A stretch of DNA of 64,000 bases from Minisyncoccota bacterium (GCA_040880505.1 JBBDIH010000212.1:22751-86750), one strand, 5' to 3'; positions 1 through 10,029 are shown, numbered from the stretch's first letter. Translations and numbers: made by a program. The notes: generated by a model not told the origin, from the sequence alone.

Positions 1-459
1 GTAGGAGATTTTATTATTGTTGGGGAAAGCATGGGGACAGTAGAGAGGATTGGTATTAAAACTACCAGAATTCGTGCTCTTCAGGGAGAGGAAATTATAA
101 TGTCTAATACCGACCTTGTCTCAGGAGAGATTCACAACTTTAAACGAATGAGTGATAGAAGAATAGTTTTTGAAGTTGGAGTTGAGTATGATACTCATCA
201 GGATAATTTGGAAAAAATTCCTGAGATAGTTAAGAAATCATTTGAAGGCATAAAAGATGTAAGGTTTGCTAGAGCTCATTTGAAAAAGTTTGGTGATTCT
301 GCTTTTCTTTTTGAGATTGTTTACAATGTTTTAGCAGCTGACTTTGATACTTACATGGATAGAAATCAAGAAATTCTTCTTAATATTAGAAAAGGTTTTC
401 AAAAAGAGGGGATTGAGTTCGCTTTTCCAACTAGAACACTTTATGTAAATAATAAATGA
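1..459 (+). CDS. Mechanosensitive ion channel MscS family protein (5' truncated by window edge)
   Basis: Frame 1 is open from base 1: VGDFIIVG...GTVERIGIKTTRIR...GEEIIMSN, ending GIEFAFPTRTL, typical of the MscS beta and C-terminal domains. Confidence 0.9.
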   Translation, partial: VGDFIIVGESMGTVERIGIKTTRIRALQGEEIIMSNTDLVSGEIHNFKRMSDRRIVFEVGVEYDTHQDNLEKIPEIVKKSFEGIKDVRFARAHLKKFGDSAFLFEIVYNVLAADFDTYMDRNQEILLNIRKGFQKEGIEFAFPTRTLYVNNK

Positions 460-2120
460 AGATTTCTAAAATAATAAAAAGTTTAATAGAAGGTGATGTA
501 TATGACGAAGGAGAAGAAATAGAAAAACATAGTGAAGATGCCAGTATTTTTAAAGTGAAACCAGAAGTAGTTGTTTACCCTAAGAATATAGAAGATGTTA
601 AAAAGTTAGTAACTTTTGTAAAAGATAATAAAGATGAAAATAATAATTTTTCTCTTACATTTCGTTCTGCAGGAACTGATATGACAGGGGGACCCTTGAA
701 TGAATCTATTATTTTAAATTTTACAAAATATATAAATAAAGTAGGTGAAGTTAAAGAAGAAAATAACAAGGTTTTTGTAGAATCAGAGCCTGGAGCTTAT
801 TACAGGGATTTTGAAAAAAAGACATTAAAATCAGGATATTTAATGCCTAGCTTTCCAGCCTCAAGAGAAATATGTGCAATAGGAGGAATAGTTTCTAATA
901 ACTCTGGAGGTGAAAAAACCTTGAGCTACGGCAAAACGGAAAAGTATGTAAAAAAAGTTAATATGATTTTATCTGATGGTAATGAATACAGTTTTAAACC
1001 TCTAAACAAAGAAGAGTTAGAGAAAAAAATAAATCAAGAAGATTTTGAGGGTGAAATATATAAAAAAATGTTTTCTTTAATAAAAGAAAACTATGATCTT
1101 TTACAATCTGTAAAACCTAAAGTTTCAAAAAATTCAGCCGGATATACTTTATGGAATGTTTGGGATAAAGAGAATAATATCTTTGATTTAACTAGGCTTT
1201 TTGTGGGTTCTCAAGGAACTTTGGGAGCTTTAACAAAAGCAAAGTTTGAATTAGTAAAACCAAAAGAACATAAAAAACTTTTAGTTATATTCATGAAAGA
1301 CATTAAGTCTTTAGGTTCTTTAGTAAATAAAGTTTTAGAATTTAAACCTGAAAGTTTTGAGTCTTATGATGATAAAACTTTAAAGCTTGTCCTGAAGTAC
1401 TTTTTTAGTTTTGTAAAAATGTTAGGGCTTAAAAATTTAATTAAATTAATTTGGAGTTTTCGCCCTGAAGCAAAAATGACTTTAAAGATAGGTTTTCCAA
1501 AGTTAATTCTTTTAGCTGAGTTTACTGGAGATTCAGAAGAAGAGGTAAATAATCAAGCTAAAAAAACAAGAGAAGCAATAAAGAAATTTAAAGGAGTAGA
1601 GACTCATCTAGTACGTAATGAACTGGAATCAAAAAAATACTGGACCATAAGAAGAGAAACCTTTAATTTAATAAGGCACCACTTAAAAGGAGATGTAAGA
1701 TCAGAGCCATTCATAGAGGATGTTATTGTTTCTCCTGATAATTTACCTGAATTTTTCCCAAGGCTTTATAAAATTTTAGATTCTTATAAAGATAAAATGA
1801 CCTATGCCTTAGGCGGTCATGCAGGAGACGGTAATATCCATATTTATTCTTTAATGAACCCAAAAGATAAAGATACAAAGAAAATTATTAAGGAATGTTC
1901 AGAAAAAGTTTATAATCTTGTGTTAGAGCTTGGTGGTTCAATAACAGCAGAACATAGCGACGGTTTAATACGTTCACCTTATCTTGAAAAAATGTATGGT
2001 AAAGAGGTTATAGAATTATTCAAAAAGACAAAAAATATATTTGATCCTAAGAACATATTCAACCCAGGTAAAAAAGTAAATTCTGATCTTGAGTATTCTT
2101 TAAATCATTTAAAGCAGTAA
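456..2120 (+). CDS. FAD-binding oxidoreductase (GlcD/D-lactate dehydrogenase-like, FAD_binding_4 + FAD-oxidase_C)
   Basis: PEVVVYP, RSAGTDMTGG, GSQGTLG, GHAGDGNIH, TAEHSDG and FDPKNIFNPGK motifs. Confidence 0.85.
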   Translation: MKISKIIKSLIEGDVYDEGEEIEKHSEDASIFKVKPEVVVYPKNIEDVKKLVTFVKDNKDENNNFSLTFRSAGTDMTGGPLNESIILNFTKYINKVGEVKEENNKVFVESEPGAYYRDFEKKTLKSGYLMPSFPASREICAIGGIVSNNSGGEKTLSYGKTEKYVKKVNMILSDGNEYSFKPLNKEELEKKINQEDFEGEIYKKMFSLIKENYDLLQSVKPKVSKNSAGYTLWNVWDKENNIFDLTRLFVGSQGTLGALTKAKFELVKPKEHKKLLVIFMKDIKSLGSLVNKVLEFKPESFESYDDKTLKLVLKYFFSFVKMLGLKNLIKLIWSFRPEAKMTLKIGFPKLILLAEFTGDSEEEVNNQAKKTREAIKKFKGVETHLVRNELESKKYWTIRRETFNLIRHHLKGDVRSEPFIEDVIVSPDNLPEFFPRLYKILDSYKDKMTYALGGHAGDGNIHIYSLMNPKDKDTKKIIKECSEKVYNLVLELGGSITAEHSDGLIRSPYLEKMYGKEVIELFKKTKNIFDPKNIFNPGKKVNSDLEYSLNHLKQ

Positions 2121-2178
2121 AAACCATTTAATTTGTCATTAAAATTTTATAGGTGTAGAATAAACATTGAATTTATCC

Positions 2179-3441
2179 ATGAGAAAAACAGTAATACTTT
2201 TTATATTTTTAATAATAATTTCAATAGCTTCGGCTTTCTTTATTTATCAACCCGCTTGGGAAGATTTTAGTGATTTTAGACCTTGGAAATTAGGACTAGA
2301 TTTATCTGGAGGTAGTTATTTAGTTTATGACATTGATCTTAGTGAAGTTGATATAGATGACCAGGAAACTGTTATATCTGGTTTAAGAGATGTTATAGAA
2401 AGAAGAGTAAATATATTTGGAGTAAGTGAACCAAAAGTTTATACCCAAGAGACAGATAACGCTAAAAGATTAGTAGTTGAGTTAGCTGGAATTCAGGATG
2501 TTAACCAGGCTATTAATGAGATAGGCGAGACTCCTACACTAGATTTTAGAGAAGCTAGAATTAACGATGAAGGAGAAAGAGAGTTCGTAAGAACAGATCT
2601 TACTGGAAGATATGTCTCTGGAGCTGTTTTAGGTTTTGAACAAACAACAGGCCAACCTTTAATGAGCATAGAATTTAATAACGAAGGAGCTGATATATTT
2701 GAAGAAGTAACTGGTAGAAATATTGGTAATAATCTTTGTATTTTTATAGATGATGAAATAAGAAGCTTTCAAGAAGATTGTCCAGTTGTTCAAGCTAAGA
2801 TAGCTGGTGGAAAAGCGCAAATTACAGGAGACTTTACAATAGAAGAAGCTAAAGAGAATGTTGCAAGATTCAATGCTGGAGCGTTACCCGCACCAATAGA
2901 ACTAGTTAATCAACAAACAGTTAGTTCAAGCTTAGGACAAGATTCTTTGGATAAATCTATTAAAGCAGGAATTTTAGGTTTTATAGTAATTATAATATTT
3001 ATGGTTGCTTATTATAGAAAAATGGGACTTTTTGCAGCTGGAGCATTACTGATGTATGCAGCTCTTTTACTAGGATTATTTAAATTAATTCCTATAACTC
3101 TTACTTTGTCAGGAATCGCTGGTGTTATTCTTTCTATTGGTATGGCTGTTGATGCTAATATTCTTGTTTTTGAAAGAACAAAAGAAGAATTAAAATTAGG
3201 ATCTTCATATGAAGAAGCCGTAGAAGAAGGGTTTAATAGAGCTTGGTCTTCTATTAGAGACTCAAACATAACAACAATAATCAGCTGTGTTATTCTTTAC
3301 TTATTTACAACTAGTTTTGTTAAAGGATTTGCTTTGGCTCTTTTAATAGGTGTTATTTTGAGTATGTTTAGTGCTATTACAATAACCAGAACAATGATGA
3401 GAGTATTTTATAAAAATAAGATCAATGAAAGTAATAAATAA
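2179..3441 (+). CDS. secD: Protein translocase subunit SecD
   Basis: LGLDLSGG, RRVNIFGVSEP, AGALP, GMAVDANILVFER and DSNITT motifs; ATG 2179 preferred over TTG 2167. Confidence 0.97.
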   Translation: MRKTVILFIFLIIISIASAFFIYQPAWEDFSDFRPWKLGLDLSGGSYLVYDIDLSEVDIDDQETVISGLRDVIERRVNIFGVSEPKVYTQETDNAKRLVVELAGIQDVNQAINEIGETPTLDFREARINDEGEREFVRTDLTGRYVSGAVLGFEQTTGQPLMSIEFNNEGADIFEEVTGRNIGNNLCIFIDDEIRSFQEDCPVVQAKIAGGKAQITGDFTIEEAKENVARFNAGALPAPIELVNQQTVSSSLGQDSLDKSIKAGILGFIVIIIFMVAYYRKMGLFAAGALLMYAALLLGLFKLIPITLTLSGIAGVILSIGMAVDANILVFERTKEELKLGSSYEEAVEEGFNRAWSSIRDSNITTIISCVILYLFTTSFVKGFALALLIGVILSMFSAITITRTMMRVFYKNKINESNK

Positions 3442-4312
3442 AAGAAAAATATTTTTCGCTGTATCTGGAACTTTAGTTCTACTAAGTTGGATTTTTATTG
3501 GTGTCTTTGGTTTGCAACCAGGAATTGATTTAGCGGGAGGAACAGAATGGAGAGTAGAATTACAAGAACAAGCAGAGCCAACAGAAATAAGCAGATTTAT
3601 TCTTCAAGAATATGGAATAGATGCTACAGCAAGCTCTCTTTCGGATGGCGACACAATAATACGTTTACCAGAAATATCAGAAGAAAGACATCAAGAAATG
3701 AAAGGAGGACTATTAGTAGAGTTTGGTGGATTAAAAGAAAAAAGCTTTAACAGTGTTGGTCCTGTAATTGGTCAGGAACTTAGAAGTAAATCTATGTGGG
3801 CAATATTTTTTGTATTACTTGGAATATCTTTATTTGTTGCTTGGGCATTTAGAAAAGTTTCTAAACCAATAAATTCTTGGAAGTACGGCATAACTACTTT
3901 AATAACTCTAATTCATGATGTTAGTATTCCGACCGGAGTTTTTGCAGTATTGGGTTATTTTCTTGGGGTAGAAGTTGATACTACTATTATAATAGCCTTG
4001 TTAGTTGTTTTAGGTTTTTCAGTAAACGACACTATTGTTGTTTTTGATAGGATTAGAGAAAACCTCCTTATCAACAAAGGCAAGAATAGACCTTTAAGAG
4101 AGATTATTAATGAAAGTGTAAACGAAACATTAATGAGATCTATAAACACCTCATTAACTCTTACATTGGTTTTGGTCTTTTTGTTAATTATGGGGCCTAA
4201 TACATTATTTTACTTTATTCTTACTATCTTAGTAGGAACTATAGTAGGTACATACTCATCGATATTTTTGGCTAGCCCTATGCTTTATTCATGGGGTAAG
4301 AGAAGAGAATAA
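3425..4312 (+). CDS. secF: Protein translocase subunit SecF
   Basis: GIDLAGG, HDV, GFSVNDTIVVFDRIRE, RSINTS and GTYSSIF motifs; overlaps the end of secD. Confidence 0.97.
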   Translation: MKVINKRKIFFAVSGTLVLLSWIFIGVFGLQPGIDLAGGTEWRVELQEQAEPTEISRFILQEYGIDATASSLSDGDTIIRLPEISEERHQEMKGGLLVEFGGLKEKSFNSVGPVIGQELRSKSMWAIFFVLLGISLFVAWAFRKVSKPINSWKYGITTLITLIHDVSIPTGVFAVLGYFLGVEVDTTIIIALLVVLGFSVNDTIVVFDRIRENLLINKGKNRPLREIINESVNETLMRSINTSLTLTLVLVFLLIMGPNTLFYFILTILVGTIVGTYSSIFLASPMLYSWGKRRE

Positions 4313-4314
4313 AT

Positions 4315-4343
4315 TTGACTAGTATTCTAATAAGTGATATTAT
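4315..4343 (+). promoter_or_regulatory. Sigma70-type promoter
   Basis: TTGACT-17 bp-TATTAT with extended -10 TG, 15 bp before ATG 4359. Confidence 0.6.
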
Positions 4344-4358
4344 TTAAAAAACAAAAAT

Positions 4359-5369
4359 ATGAAAAACATAGATACATCAATAGATAATTTACTTTCAAAT
4401 TTCTCAGAAAAACAAGTAAGAGTTTTGGAGGACAGATTTGGCTTAAATGGCAAAAAATTAACACTTCAAGAGATTGGAGATTACTTTGGTATAACCAGAG
4501 AAAGAGTTAGGCAAATAGAAGCACAAGCCATAAAAGAACTTAAATCAGATTTACAAAAAGAGTTTGATTATTTAATCAAAAGTGCTGATAATTTTTTAGA
4601 AAAATCAGGAGGCGTAAGAGAGGACAATTATTTAATAAATGATCTTATTCATATAAATGAAATTAAACCAACAAAGTATGTAGAAGATAAAATCAGGTTT
4701 ATTTTTCTAGTAGCTAGTAAGCCAATTTTTAATAAAGAAAACAATAACTTTAAAGCTTTTTGGTACAGAAATAAAAAAGACAAAGAAAACTTATTAAAGT
4801 ATGTAAAAAATACAATTAAGTATTTCAGGAAAAAAGATAAAAAGGAAATTTTAGATGATAAAGTTCATCTAGACGAACTTGATAGTTTTAAGTCTCATAA
4901 TTATCTTTCTATATCTAAAAAGTTTGGCACAAATGTGTTTGGAGATTTTGGATTAAAGGATTGGCCAGAAATAGAACCAAAAGTAGTAAGAGACAAAGCT
5001 TATCTAGTTTTAAAAAAGAAAGAAAAACCTCTTCATTTCAGAGAGATAGCAAAATCAATTAATGATTTAGGCTTAGATAAAAAGAAAATGCACGTTCAAA
5101 CTGTTCATAATGAAGTTATAAAAGATAATAGATTTATTTTAGTAGGACGTGGAACTTATTATCTAAAGGATTCAGATTATGAAGGAGGAACCGTAAAAGA
5201 TGTTATTAATAAAATACTTAAACAAAAAGGCCCTCTAACTCAAAAAGAGGTAGTAGAACTAGTTAATAAGAAAAAGATTCTAAAGGAAAACACTATAATG
5301 TTAAACCTTCAGAATAAAAAACATTTTAAACGTCTTGATGACGGTAAGTACGATATAAAAGTTTCTTAG
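4359..5369 (+). CDS. Sigma70 region-4 HTH + HARE-HTH (delta-like winged helix) domain protein
   Basis: N-terminal RFGL...TLQEIGDYFGITRERVRQIE; C-terminal DKAYLVLKKKEKPLHFREIA...HNEVIKDNRFILVGRGTY; no sigma region 2. Confidence 0.75.
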   Translation: MKNIDTSIDNLLSNFSEKQVRVLEDRFGLNGKKLTLQEIGDYFGITRERVRQIEAQAIKELKSDLQKEFDYLIKSADNFLEKSGGVREDNYLINDLIHINEIKPTKYVEDKIRFIFLVASKPIFNKENNNFKAFWYRNKKDKENLLKYVKNTIKYFRKKDKKEILDDKVHLDELDSFKSHNYLSISKKFGTNVFGDFGLKDWPEIEPKVVRDKAYLVLKKKEKPLHFREIAKSINDLGLDKKKMHVQTVHNEVIKDNRFILVGRGTYYLKDSDYEGGTVKDVINKILKQKGPLTQKEVVELVNKKKILKENTIMLNLQNKKHFKRLDDGKYDIKVS

Positions 5370-5376
5370 TTTAATT

Positions 5377-5406
5377 TTTAAAAAGGCGTTGCAACGCCTT
5401 TTTAAA
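5377..5406. terminator. Bidirectional intrinsic terminator (30-bp perfect palindrome)
   Basis: TTTAAAAAGGCGTTGCAACGCCTTTTTAAA directly after the stop at 5369. Confidence 0.75.
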
Positions 5407-5435
5407 TACCTCCATTTTAGGGTATATTGAAAATA

Positions 5436-6701
5436 ATGGTTACTGAATTTATAAATTTTACTGAATCGGTGCTTTTAGCATACTGGTGGTTAATAATACC
5501 TCCATTTTTAATTCTTTTATTAGCTGATCTTTGGCTTTTTTATAAAAGAGAAGAGTATAAGAGGGGAATAGAATGGAACTTAATAGAAATAAGCATACCC
5601 AAAGAAATTGAAAAAACTCCAAAAGCTATGGAGCAGATATTTACTTCTGTCCAAGCTAGTTATTCTTTTGGTGTAAGATTTGTTGATAAATGGTTTAAAG
5701 GAAAGATAGAAGGTTGGATGTCATTTGAAATAGTTGGTAGAGCTGGAAGAATTCATTTTTATGTAAGAATGCCTAAAAATTACAGGAACATGATTGAGTC
5801 TGCTGTTTATAGTCAGTATCCAGAAGCAGAAATAAATTTGATTTCTGAAGAAGAGGATTATGTTAAATCTTTTCCTCAAGACGTTCCCGATGGTGAGTAT
5901 GATATTTTTGGCACTGATATAGTTTTAGCAAGAGATGATGCTTACCCAATTAGAACTTATGAATACTTTGAACACCCTGTAAAAGAAGAAAAAAGAATAG
6001 ATCCAATAGCCAGCATGATGGAGATAATGAATAAACTAAAATCATATGAAACTATTTGGCTTCAATTATTGATTAGACCAAATGATGGTAGTTGGGTTAA
6101 AAGAGCCGAGGAACTAATAGGAGAATTAAGGGGAGAGAAGAAGAAAAGTAATAACCCCTTTGCTTTTATAGGTACTATATTTAAAGATTTAGCAGAGTTC
6201 TTAAGTAATTTATTAGTAGCTCCATTCAGGGCTCCTGTATGGGATGATGGGTCTGATAAGAAAGAAGAAAAAAGTAATAATTCAAATAAAAATAGAAAAA
6301 AGATAGAAGCAATAGAAGAAAAAATATCTAAAACTGGTTTTGATACTTGCTTGAGATTTTTATATATAGATAGAAAAGATGATTTTACTAGCTCTAATAT
6401 AAGTGGAGTTATGGGAGCTCTTCAACAATTTAATATTCCTGATCTTAATTCTTTGAGACCAAATTTAGCAACTATGACTATAGCAAGACAACCTTTTAAA
6501 AAAAGAAAAATAATTCGCAAGAAAAGGCAATTATTTGCTTTTGCGAGAGTTAGAGAGTTTCCAAGAAAATTTTCTGTTTTTAATGTTGAAGAATTAGCTA
6601 CTCTTTACCATTTCCCAATAGGAGGAGTAAAATCACCTATACTTAGAAGAGTTACAAATAAAAAAGGTGGACCACCAGTTGATTTACCAATAGATGAATA
6701 A
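5436..6701 (+). CDS. Conserved membrane-anchored protein associated with VirD4/HerA-like ATPase
   Basis: N-terminal TM helix; KTPKAMEQIF, MSFEIV, YSQYPEAEI, YPIRTY and EELATLYHFP motifs; overlaps the ATPase start. Confidence 0.65.
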   Translation: MVTEFINFTESVLLAYWWLIIPPFLILLLADLWLFYKREEYKRGIEWNLIEISIPKEIEKTPKAMEQIFTSVQASYSFGVRFVDKWFKGKIEGWMSFEIVGRAGRIHFYVRMPKNYRNMIESAVYSQYPEAEINLISEEEDYVKSFPQDVPDGEYDIFGTDIVLARDDAYPIRTYEYFEHPVKEEKRIDPIASMMEIMNKLKSYETIWLQLLIRPNDGSWVKRAEELIGELRGEKKKSNNPFAFIGTIFKDLAEFLSNLLVAPFRAPVWDDGSDKKEEKSNNSNKNRKKIEAIEEKISKTGFDTCLRFLYIDRKDDFTSSNISGVMGALQQFNIPDLNSLRPNLATMTIARQPFKKRKIIRKKRQLFAFARVREFPRKFSVFNVEELATLYHFPIGGVKSPILRRVTNKKGGPPVDLPIDE

Positions 6702-8181
6702 TTTTATGAAAAAAGAAATTACACCAATAGGAAAAACTAATTTTAGAGACGAACAAAAAAGGTTCGGTATTAAAGTTGATGATAGAAGACGCCATATCTA
6801 CATAGTTGGTAAAACTGGAGTAGGAAAGTCTACTCTTATAGAAAATATGGCTATATCTGACATAGAACAGGGTAGAGGCGTAGGAATAATTGATCCTCAT
6901 GGAGAACTAGCTGAAAAACTTCTTGAATTTATACCAGAAGAAAGACTTGAAGATGTTATTTACTTTGATCCATCAGACACTAACCATCCAATGGCTTTTA
7001 ATCCTTTAGAGCAGGTCAGTGGAGAACTTCGTCATTTAATTGCCTCTAGCATGATGGGTGTTTTCAAAAAGATTTGGCCAGATGTATGGTCAGCAAGAAT
7101 GGAGTATATTTTAAACAATACTTTATTAGCTTTACTTGAGTATCCTGGAGCAACTTTAGTTGGAATTCTGAGAATGTTTTCTGATAAAGAATATAGAAAA
7201 AAGGTAGTTGAAGGATTAGAAGATCCAGTAGTAAAACATTTTTGGGCAAATGAATTTGCTAGTTATTCTCAAAGATATCAAGTAGAAGCCGTAGGAGCTA
7301 TCCAAAATAAAGTTGGACAATTTGTAACTAATCCTTTAATTAGAAATATTTTAGGACAACCTAGATCATCTATAGATATGAAAAAAATAATGGATGAAGA
7401 AAAGATATTAATTGTTAATCTATCTAAAGGAAAGATAGGAGAAGATAACGCTTCTTTATTAGGAGCTATGATGGTTACTAGACTACAACTTGCTGCCATG
7501 TCTAGAGCAAAAGATTTAGATAAAGATTATAAAGATTTTTATCTTTATGTTGATGAATTTCAGAATTTTGCCACTGATTCTTTTGCCACTATTCTTTCTG
7601 AAGCAAGAAAATATAGACTTAGTCTTACCTTAGCTCATCAGTATATAAGCCAACTTGTAAGTGATGGAAATACAAAAGTTAGAGATGCTATTTTTGGTAA
7701 CGTGGGAACATTAGTTAGTTTTAGAATAGGTGCAAATGATGCTGAATTTTTAGAAAAAGAGTTTTCTCCAGAGTATGATGAAAACGACCTAGTTAACCTT
7801 CCTAAATTTCATATTCTTATAAAATTAATGATAGATGGTGTAGCCTCAAAACCTTTTTCTGCTGCAACTTTAGAACCAAGAGAGCCTTTATCAGAAGCTT
7901 CTGATAAAGAAACAATAATTGAATATTCAAGAAAAAAATATGCTTCTAGAAAAGACCATGTTGAAAGAGGCCTAAGAAAAGAATGGATTAATGATGATGC
8001 GGTAGATCAGAAAAAAATTAGTAAAAAGGAAGAGTCATTAGAAAAAGCTCTTTCAAAACCAGAACCTCCGAAAACAAAAAAAGACAAACACAAAAATAAG
8101 TCCAATGTTGATATAGGTGGATTAAAAAACCTTATAGAAGACGCTTTAAAAGAGGCATCTAAAGACGATTCTGAAGATTAA
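6694..8181 (+). CDS. Type IV secretion coupling protein-like (TraD/VirD4/HerA-FtsK superfamily) ATPase
   Basis: RRRHIYIVGKTGVGKS Walker A, IIDPHGE, YLYVDEFQNF Walker B, EARKY, AHQY. Confidence 0.85.
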   Translation: MNNFMKKEITPIGKTNFRDEQKRFGIKVDDRRRHIYIVGKTGVGKSTLIENMAISDIEQGRGVGIIDPHGELAEKLLEFIPEERLEDVIYFDPSDTNHPMAFNPLEQVSGELRHLIASSMMGVFKKIWPDVWSARMEYILNNTLLALLEYPGATLVGILRMFSDKEYRKKVVEGLEDPVVKHFWANEFASYSQRYQVEAVGAIQNKVGQFVTNPLIRNILGQPRSSIDMKKIMDEEKILIVNLSKGKIGEDNASLLGAMMVTRLQLAAMSRAKDLDKDYKDFYLYVDEFQNFATDSFATILSEARKYRLSLTLAHQYISQLVSDGNTKVRDAIFGNVGTLVSFRIGANDAEFLEKEFSPEYDENDLVNLPKFHILIKLMIDGVASKPFSAATLEPREPLSEASDKETIIEYSRKKYASRKDHVERGLRKEWINDDAVDQKKISKKEESLEKALSKPEPPKTKKDKHKNKSNVDIGGLKNLIEDALKEASKDDSED

Positions 8182-8747
8182 TTTTTATTAACTCTCTCAG
8201 CGTACTCTCCTTTTTGTGTATTAACTTTTACAGTGTCTCCTCTTTCTATAAATAGAGGAGCGTTTATTTTTAGTCCTGTTTCTAGTTTTATTTGCTTAGT
8301 TCCACCATCAGTTGTGTTTCCTTTTATGTTTGGTGGAGCTTCTGTAACCAATAAATCTACTTTTACTGGCAGTTCTATATTTATTATCTCGTTTTTAAAT
8401 TCTATTGCTGTTAATTTAATGCCTTCTTTTAGATAATATTTATCTTCTTTTATTATTTCTTCATTAATACTAAATCTTTTACTAGGATTTTTTGGATCTT
8501 TAAACCAGTATTCGCCTCTATTTTCATATATAAATTCCGCAGGAATTTTTTCAATATTTGCATCTTCAAAATTTTCATTTTGACGAGCTGTGTAATCAAT
8601 AACCTTACCTGATATTAAATTTTTTATTTTTAATTGAACAACGGGTTTACCACGTTGTTTTTTTACGTGTAAATAATCTAAGACAGCATAAGGATTTCCA
8701 TCTTTTATAAACTCTATACCTGGTTTTAAATCGTTATATGAAAGCAT
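8178..8747 (-). CDS. efp: Elongation factor P
   Basis: KNLISG, ELPVKVDL, LETG...PLFIERGD...VNT..GEYAER. Confidence 0.95.
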   Translation of the reverse strand: MLSYNDLKPGIEFIKDGNPYAVLDYLHVKKQRGKPVVQLKIKNLISGKVIDYTARQNENFEDANIEKIPAEFIYENRGEYWFKDPKNPSKRFSINEEIIKEDKYYLKEGIKLTAIEFKNEIINIELPVKVDLLVTEAPPNIKGNTTDGGTKQIKLETGLKINAPLFIERGDTVKVNTQKGEYAERVNKN

Positions 8748-8791
8748 TTTGCTTGATTAGTAATTTAGTATTAACTATTCTAGAAAATATC

Positions 8792-9889
8792 ATGTTAGTA
8801 AACAAGGACAAAAACAAAAAAAAAGTATTTGTAGGAATGAGTGGAGGAGTAGATTCTAGTGTTACTGCGCTGCTTTTAAAAAAAGAAGGTTATGATGTAA
8901 CCGGAGTTTTCATGCGTTGCTATAACATTGATGGTTGTGCAGAACGTGATGCAGAGGATGCAAGAAGAGTAGCTGAAAAACTAGAAATACCTTTTTATGT
9001 CTTTGATTTTGAAGAAAGTTATAAAGAGAAAGTTGTTCAGTACATGGTAGAAGGTTACGAGAAAGGTATAACTCCAAATCCTGATGTAGCTTGTAATAGA
9101 GAGATAAAATTTGGTTTGTTTTTAGATCATGCTTTGAAATTAGGAGCAGATTATATTGCTACAGGACATTATGTAATTTTAAAAAAAGAAGATGATAAAT
9201 TTAATCTTTATCAGGGAAAAGACAAAAACAAAGATCAAAGTTATTTTTTATGGACTTTAACACAAGATGACTTAAAACATTCTTTATTTCCAATAGGAGA
9301 ATATCAGAAATCAGAAGTTAGAAATATTGCTAGAGAAAATGAAATACCTGTTGCTGATAAAAAGGATTCTCAAGGGATATGTTTTTTAGGAGATGTTTCT
9401 ATTGTGGATTTCTTAAGCGATTATATTCCTAAAAAAACGGGAGATGTACTGGATACAAAAGGTAATAAAATTGGTAGCCATGAAGGAGCTGAATTTTACA
9501 CTATAGGTCAAAGACATGGACTTGATTTAGCGGAGAAAAATAAAAATTTAAAAATAAAAGGCAACGTAAAAACAAAGCCTCATTATGTAGTAGAAAAAAA
9601 TGTTAAATCCAATGTTATTACAGTTGCTGAAGGCAAAGACAACCCAGCTTTATTTAAAGATAATGTTAATTTATTTGATGTAAATTCTATATCAAATAAC
9701 CCGATAAATGATATAGAAGTAATGGCAAAAATAAGATATAGACAACCTACCTTTAGAGCTAAATTAAAGAAAGAGGGCAGTGAATTTAAACTTATTTTCA
9801 AGGAGCCTCAAAAATTTATTGCTCCTGGTCAATCTGCAGTTTTATATGATAAAAATGAGAAAATGATAGGTGGTGGAGTAATAAAATAA
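8792..9889 (+). CDS. mnmA: tRNA 2-thiouridine(34) synthase MnmA
   Basis: SGGVDSS, TPNPDVACN, ATGHY, KDQSYFL, DSQGICF and PGQSAV motifs; ATG 8792 avoids overlap with efp. Confidence 0.97.
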   Translation: MLVNKDKNKKKVFVGMSGGVDSSVTALLLKKEGYDVTGVFMRCYNIDGCAERDAEDARRVAEKLEIPFYVFDFEESYKEKVVQYMVEGYEKGITPNPDVACNREIKFGLFLDHALKLGADYIATGHYVILKKEDDKFNLYQGKDKNKDQSYFLWTLTQDDLKHSLFPIGEYQKSEVRNIARENEIPVADKKDSQGICFLGDVSIVDFLSDYIPKKTGDVLDTKGNKIGSHEGAEFYTIGQRHGLDLAEKNKNLKIKGNVKTKPHYVVEKNVKSNVITVAEGKDNPALFKDNVNLFDVNSISNNPINDIEVMAKIRYRQPTFRAKLKKEGSEFKLIFKEPQKFIAPGQSAVLYDKNEKMIGGGVIK

Positions 9890-9922
9890 ACAATACGCCA
9901 TAACCTGGCGCATTGTTTATTT
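9884..9922 (+). terminator. Hairpin/terminator after mnmA
   Basis: AAATAAACAAT-A-CGCCA taacc TGGCG-C-ATTGTTTATTT. Confidence 0.6.
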
Positions 9923-9932
9923 AGTCTTACTA

Positions 9933-9991
9933 AAAAGTTATCCCCAGAAATTTATGCCTCCCGAGGGCATAAATTTCTGGGGATAACTTTT
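9933..9991. repeat. Dispersed palindromic repeat, copy 1 (complete)
   Basis: 26-bp perfect arms AAAAGTTATCCCCAGAAATTTATGCC / GGCATAAATTTCTGGGGATAACTTTT with 7-nt loop TCCCGAG. Confidence 0.95.
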
Positions 9992-10029
9992 ATCTGCCTA
10001 ATAGTTGTTTGCTATTAAAATAAAACTAT

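Noticed and set aside
8738-8791. Extended N-termini in the ORF track (mnmA 8738, csp 26611, hrcA 49612, rplM 32687, secD 2167)
   Set aside because: They overlap neighbouring genes or promoters; downstream ATGs match family N-termini better.
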